Shown: positions 62,126 through 64,000 of the stretch, one piece after another
Position numbering within the stretch: the stretch's first letter is position 1
Layout of the letters: each line of letters begins with the position of its first letter
Source: Nageia nagi
Taxonomy: Eukaryota > Plantae > Pinophyta
Direction: 5' to 3'
Assembly: GCA_050084985.1 (NCBI GenBank)
Contig: JBITNC010000002.1
Span: 31,248,001 to 31,312,000 of the forward strand
DNA length: 64,000 bases
Position numbers and translations under genes: made by a program
Notes under the pieces: generated by a model
Databases searched by the model: none
What the model saw: the letters and a program-made list of their open reading frames with translations, nothing else
What the model was told of the DNA's origin: nothing

Positions 62126-63296
62126 AGATTTTATCTCTTATTCAATGCATTGAGCTCTCTCTTTGGTGATTTTATGCTATTTTGGGAACTTTGTTCATAA
62201 CATTTGGTACCAGAGCAGACGATTCTAGGGTTTCACAGCTCAAAACTAGTCATTGTGGCATTTTCACTACCAATTTTTTTTCGGGAGGATTTAGATTCTG
62301 AAATTTATTGGGTTTTTTGAAGACATACCGAGGACATTTCAGTTAAAATTTCAGCTCCTAATTCACTATATTTTTTACGTTACACTCAGGGAAGTTAAGG
62401 TTTGTGACTAGTCTCAAAAGTAGGTCTGAAACAGGTGTTCTAGCTAAAAAGGGTATATCTGAAGTTTTACAGCTCCAAACTAGGTGATACCTATTGGATT
62501 GGTTAGGTTATATACTGAAGTTTATTTGTTACAATTTTCAAGGTCTGAGAATAAACAGGTGACACAAGGCACTTCATACAAGTTCGCTCTTCAAAAAAAT
62601 CCAAAAATCAGCACATTTTGGGAAAATTGTAGTCATTTCCTCTTGGACTATCAGAATTTGATGAAATCTATGGCATTGAAAAGAAGACATCTGAGGCTAC
62701 CATAGGTAGAAATTTCAAACTCTAAAGGGCTGAAATTTCATATTTACATCAGTTGGAAGGTTGGACAATAGAACAGTCTCCAAATCATGATTTAAAAAGG
62801 TACAATTTATTTATTTATTTCTTTAAATTTGCATATATTTTGATTGGAAGGTCTATTTGGGGTGATTCATAAGCTATTGGAAAGAAAATAAAGACTAGAT
62901 TCTTTTAGGTATAGATGTGTTCTAGCATCTTTAAACATAGGAGCTATCGTTACTTTGCCAGCACTGCATCCCGAGGAATTGTGGTCTCCTACAACGTACT
63001 CGCAGTATATCGCTTAGGCCACTGTTGGATTCTCTCACGTACCTTTGAGTATATAGAGAGGCCATCATGCTCATGCACGTACATGGTATATAGAGAGGTC
63101 CTTTAGGATTCCCTCACGTACCGTGAGTATATTAGCAAGGGCCCTTTTCAAACGGTTGTGCATTAGACAGCACTAACACAGAATTGAGCTCCCACGTACC
63201 TTGCGTATATAGGGAGACCCCTAGAATCCTGAAACCAACCAAGTTAACCTTTTGATCATATAGGAAATTCCTACTCCATAGTAATACTTAGTCAAA

Positions 63297-64000
63297 ATGC
63301 CACCCAAAAAAATTGCTACACCAACTAAACCTCTAGAGGGTTCATCCATGACTATAGCAGAAAGTAAAGACATATTCTTTCGAATATCCCAAGTGGAAGA
63401 ATTGGTTAAAGAGTGTGTAAAAAAGGGTGATATGGAGGAATTAAAAAGGGATTTGACAAAAGAGTTGGCAAATAAAATGGATCAATATATGGAAAAGATT
63501 TTTCAACTCATACAAAACCCAGAAGTAAAGATTCCTAAAGATGTTGATATGGCCCAGGGTTATCAGGTAAATAATGATATTATTCAAGGAGATAAACCCT
63601 TCATTAATAAGCCTAATTCAGGAGGATATGCTTCTACTGATGGAAGTAATCAAGCATGGTTCTCAAGGGGAATCCAAATCCCCAAGATCGACATGAGGAA
63701 GTTTGATGGAAGGGACCCCATCACTTGGATATTTCAAATGGAGCACTTTTTTGATCTACACCAAGTACCAACATCACAAAAAGTAACTATTGCATCCTTG
63801 TATCTAGAGCCTGAGCAGGTTGTATGGTACCAATGGATTTGTGAACGTAAAAAGGGTTCTATTATATCTTGGTCCATTTTTACAGAGGAACTGATAGCCT
63901 ACCATGAGGATGTTAAGAATAATTCCTTCTTTACTCAATTGATAAATCTAAGGCAAGAAGGTTCAGTGATGGAGCACATTCAACAATTTCAAAAGTTGAG
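63297..64000 (+). CDS. Ty3/gypsy gag, open to window end (partial, 234 codons)
   Basis: MPPKKIAT...IPKIDMRKFDGRDPITWIFQMEHFFDLH...WYQW...LINLRQEGSVMEHIQQFQKL with no stop. Confidence 0.88.
   Translation, partial: MPPKKIATPTKPLEGSSMTIAESKDIFFRISQVEELVKECVKKGDMEELKRDLTKELANKMDQYMEKIFQLIQNPEVKIPKDVDMAQGYQVNNDIIQGDKPFINKPNSGGYASTDGSNQAWFSRGIQIPKIDMRKFDGRDPITWIFQMEHFFDLHQVPTSQKVTIASLYLEPEQVVWYQWICERKKGSIISWSIFTEELIAYHEDVKNNSFFTQLINLRQEGSVMEHIQQFQKL

Larger units (their letters stand above)
61882..64000 (+). mobile_element. 5' part of a Ty3/gypsy element inserted into the Tat/Ogre-like gag
   Basis: LTR 61882-62202 (TGTTAG...ATAACA), PBS TGGTACCAGAGC 62205-62216, gag from 63297. Confidence 0.88.

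Overview
AT-rich eukaryotic plant DNA, probably from a large-genome gymnosperm (inferred from the very long, TE-filled introns and large LTRs). The one intact host gene is on the minus strand and is missed by the ORF track. It has 9 exons and 786 coding nt (261 aa) spread over 41.85 kb (44826->2977), and encodes an intracellular LRR protein of the LRRC57 / At5g07910 / rice PIRL7-like type with an N-terminal MGTCMSK acylation motif. All eight introns are GT-AG and in phase. Introns 2, 5 and 6 hold a hAT remnant and several nested LTR retroelements, many with TSDs: a CRM-like Ty3 containing a Copia-like element containing a solo LTR; a Copia containing a solo LTR containing another solo LTR; and a large solo LTR containing a Copia. 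Outside the gene are a decayed chromovirus end (1-1744), a scrambled PPR pseudogene fragment, a decayed near-full Copia lacking its 5' LTR, a Tat/Ogre-like gag-PR remnant, and a Ty3 with an open gag running off the window end. The most unusual signals are in non-coding retroelement DNA: a five-copy CACGTAC-loop-GTATA hairpin array before a gag, candidate spliced structured leaders in Copia elements, a motif array shared by two elements with dissimilar LTRs, and palindromic arrays in large LTRs. One host exon also has a recursive-splice-like start.
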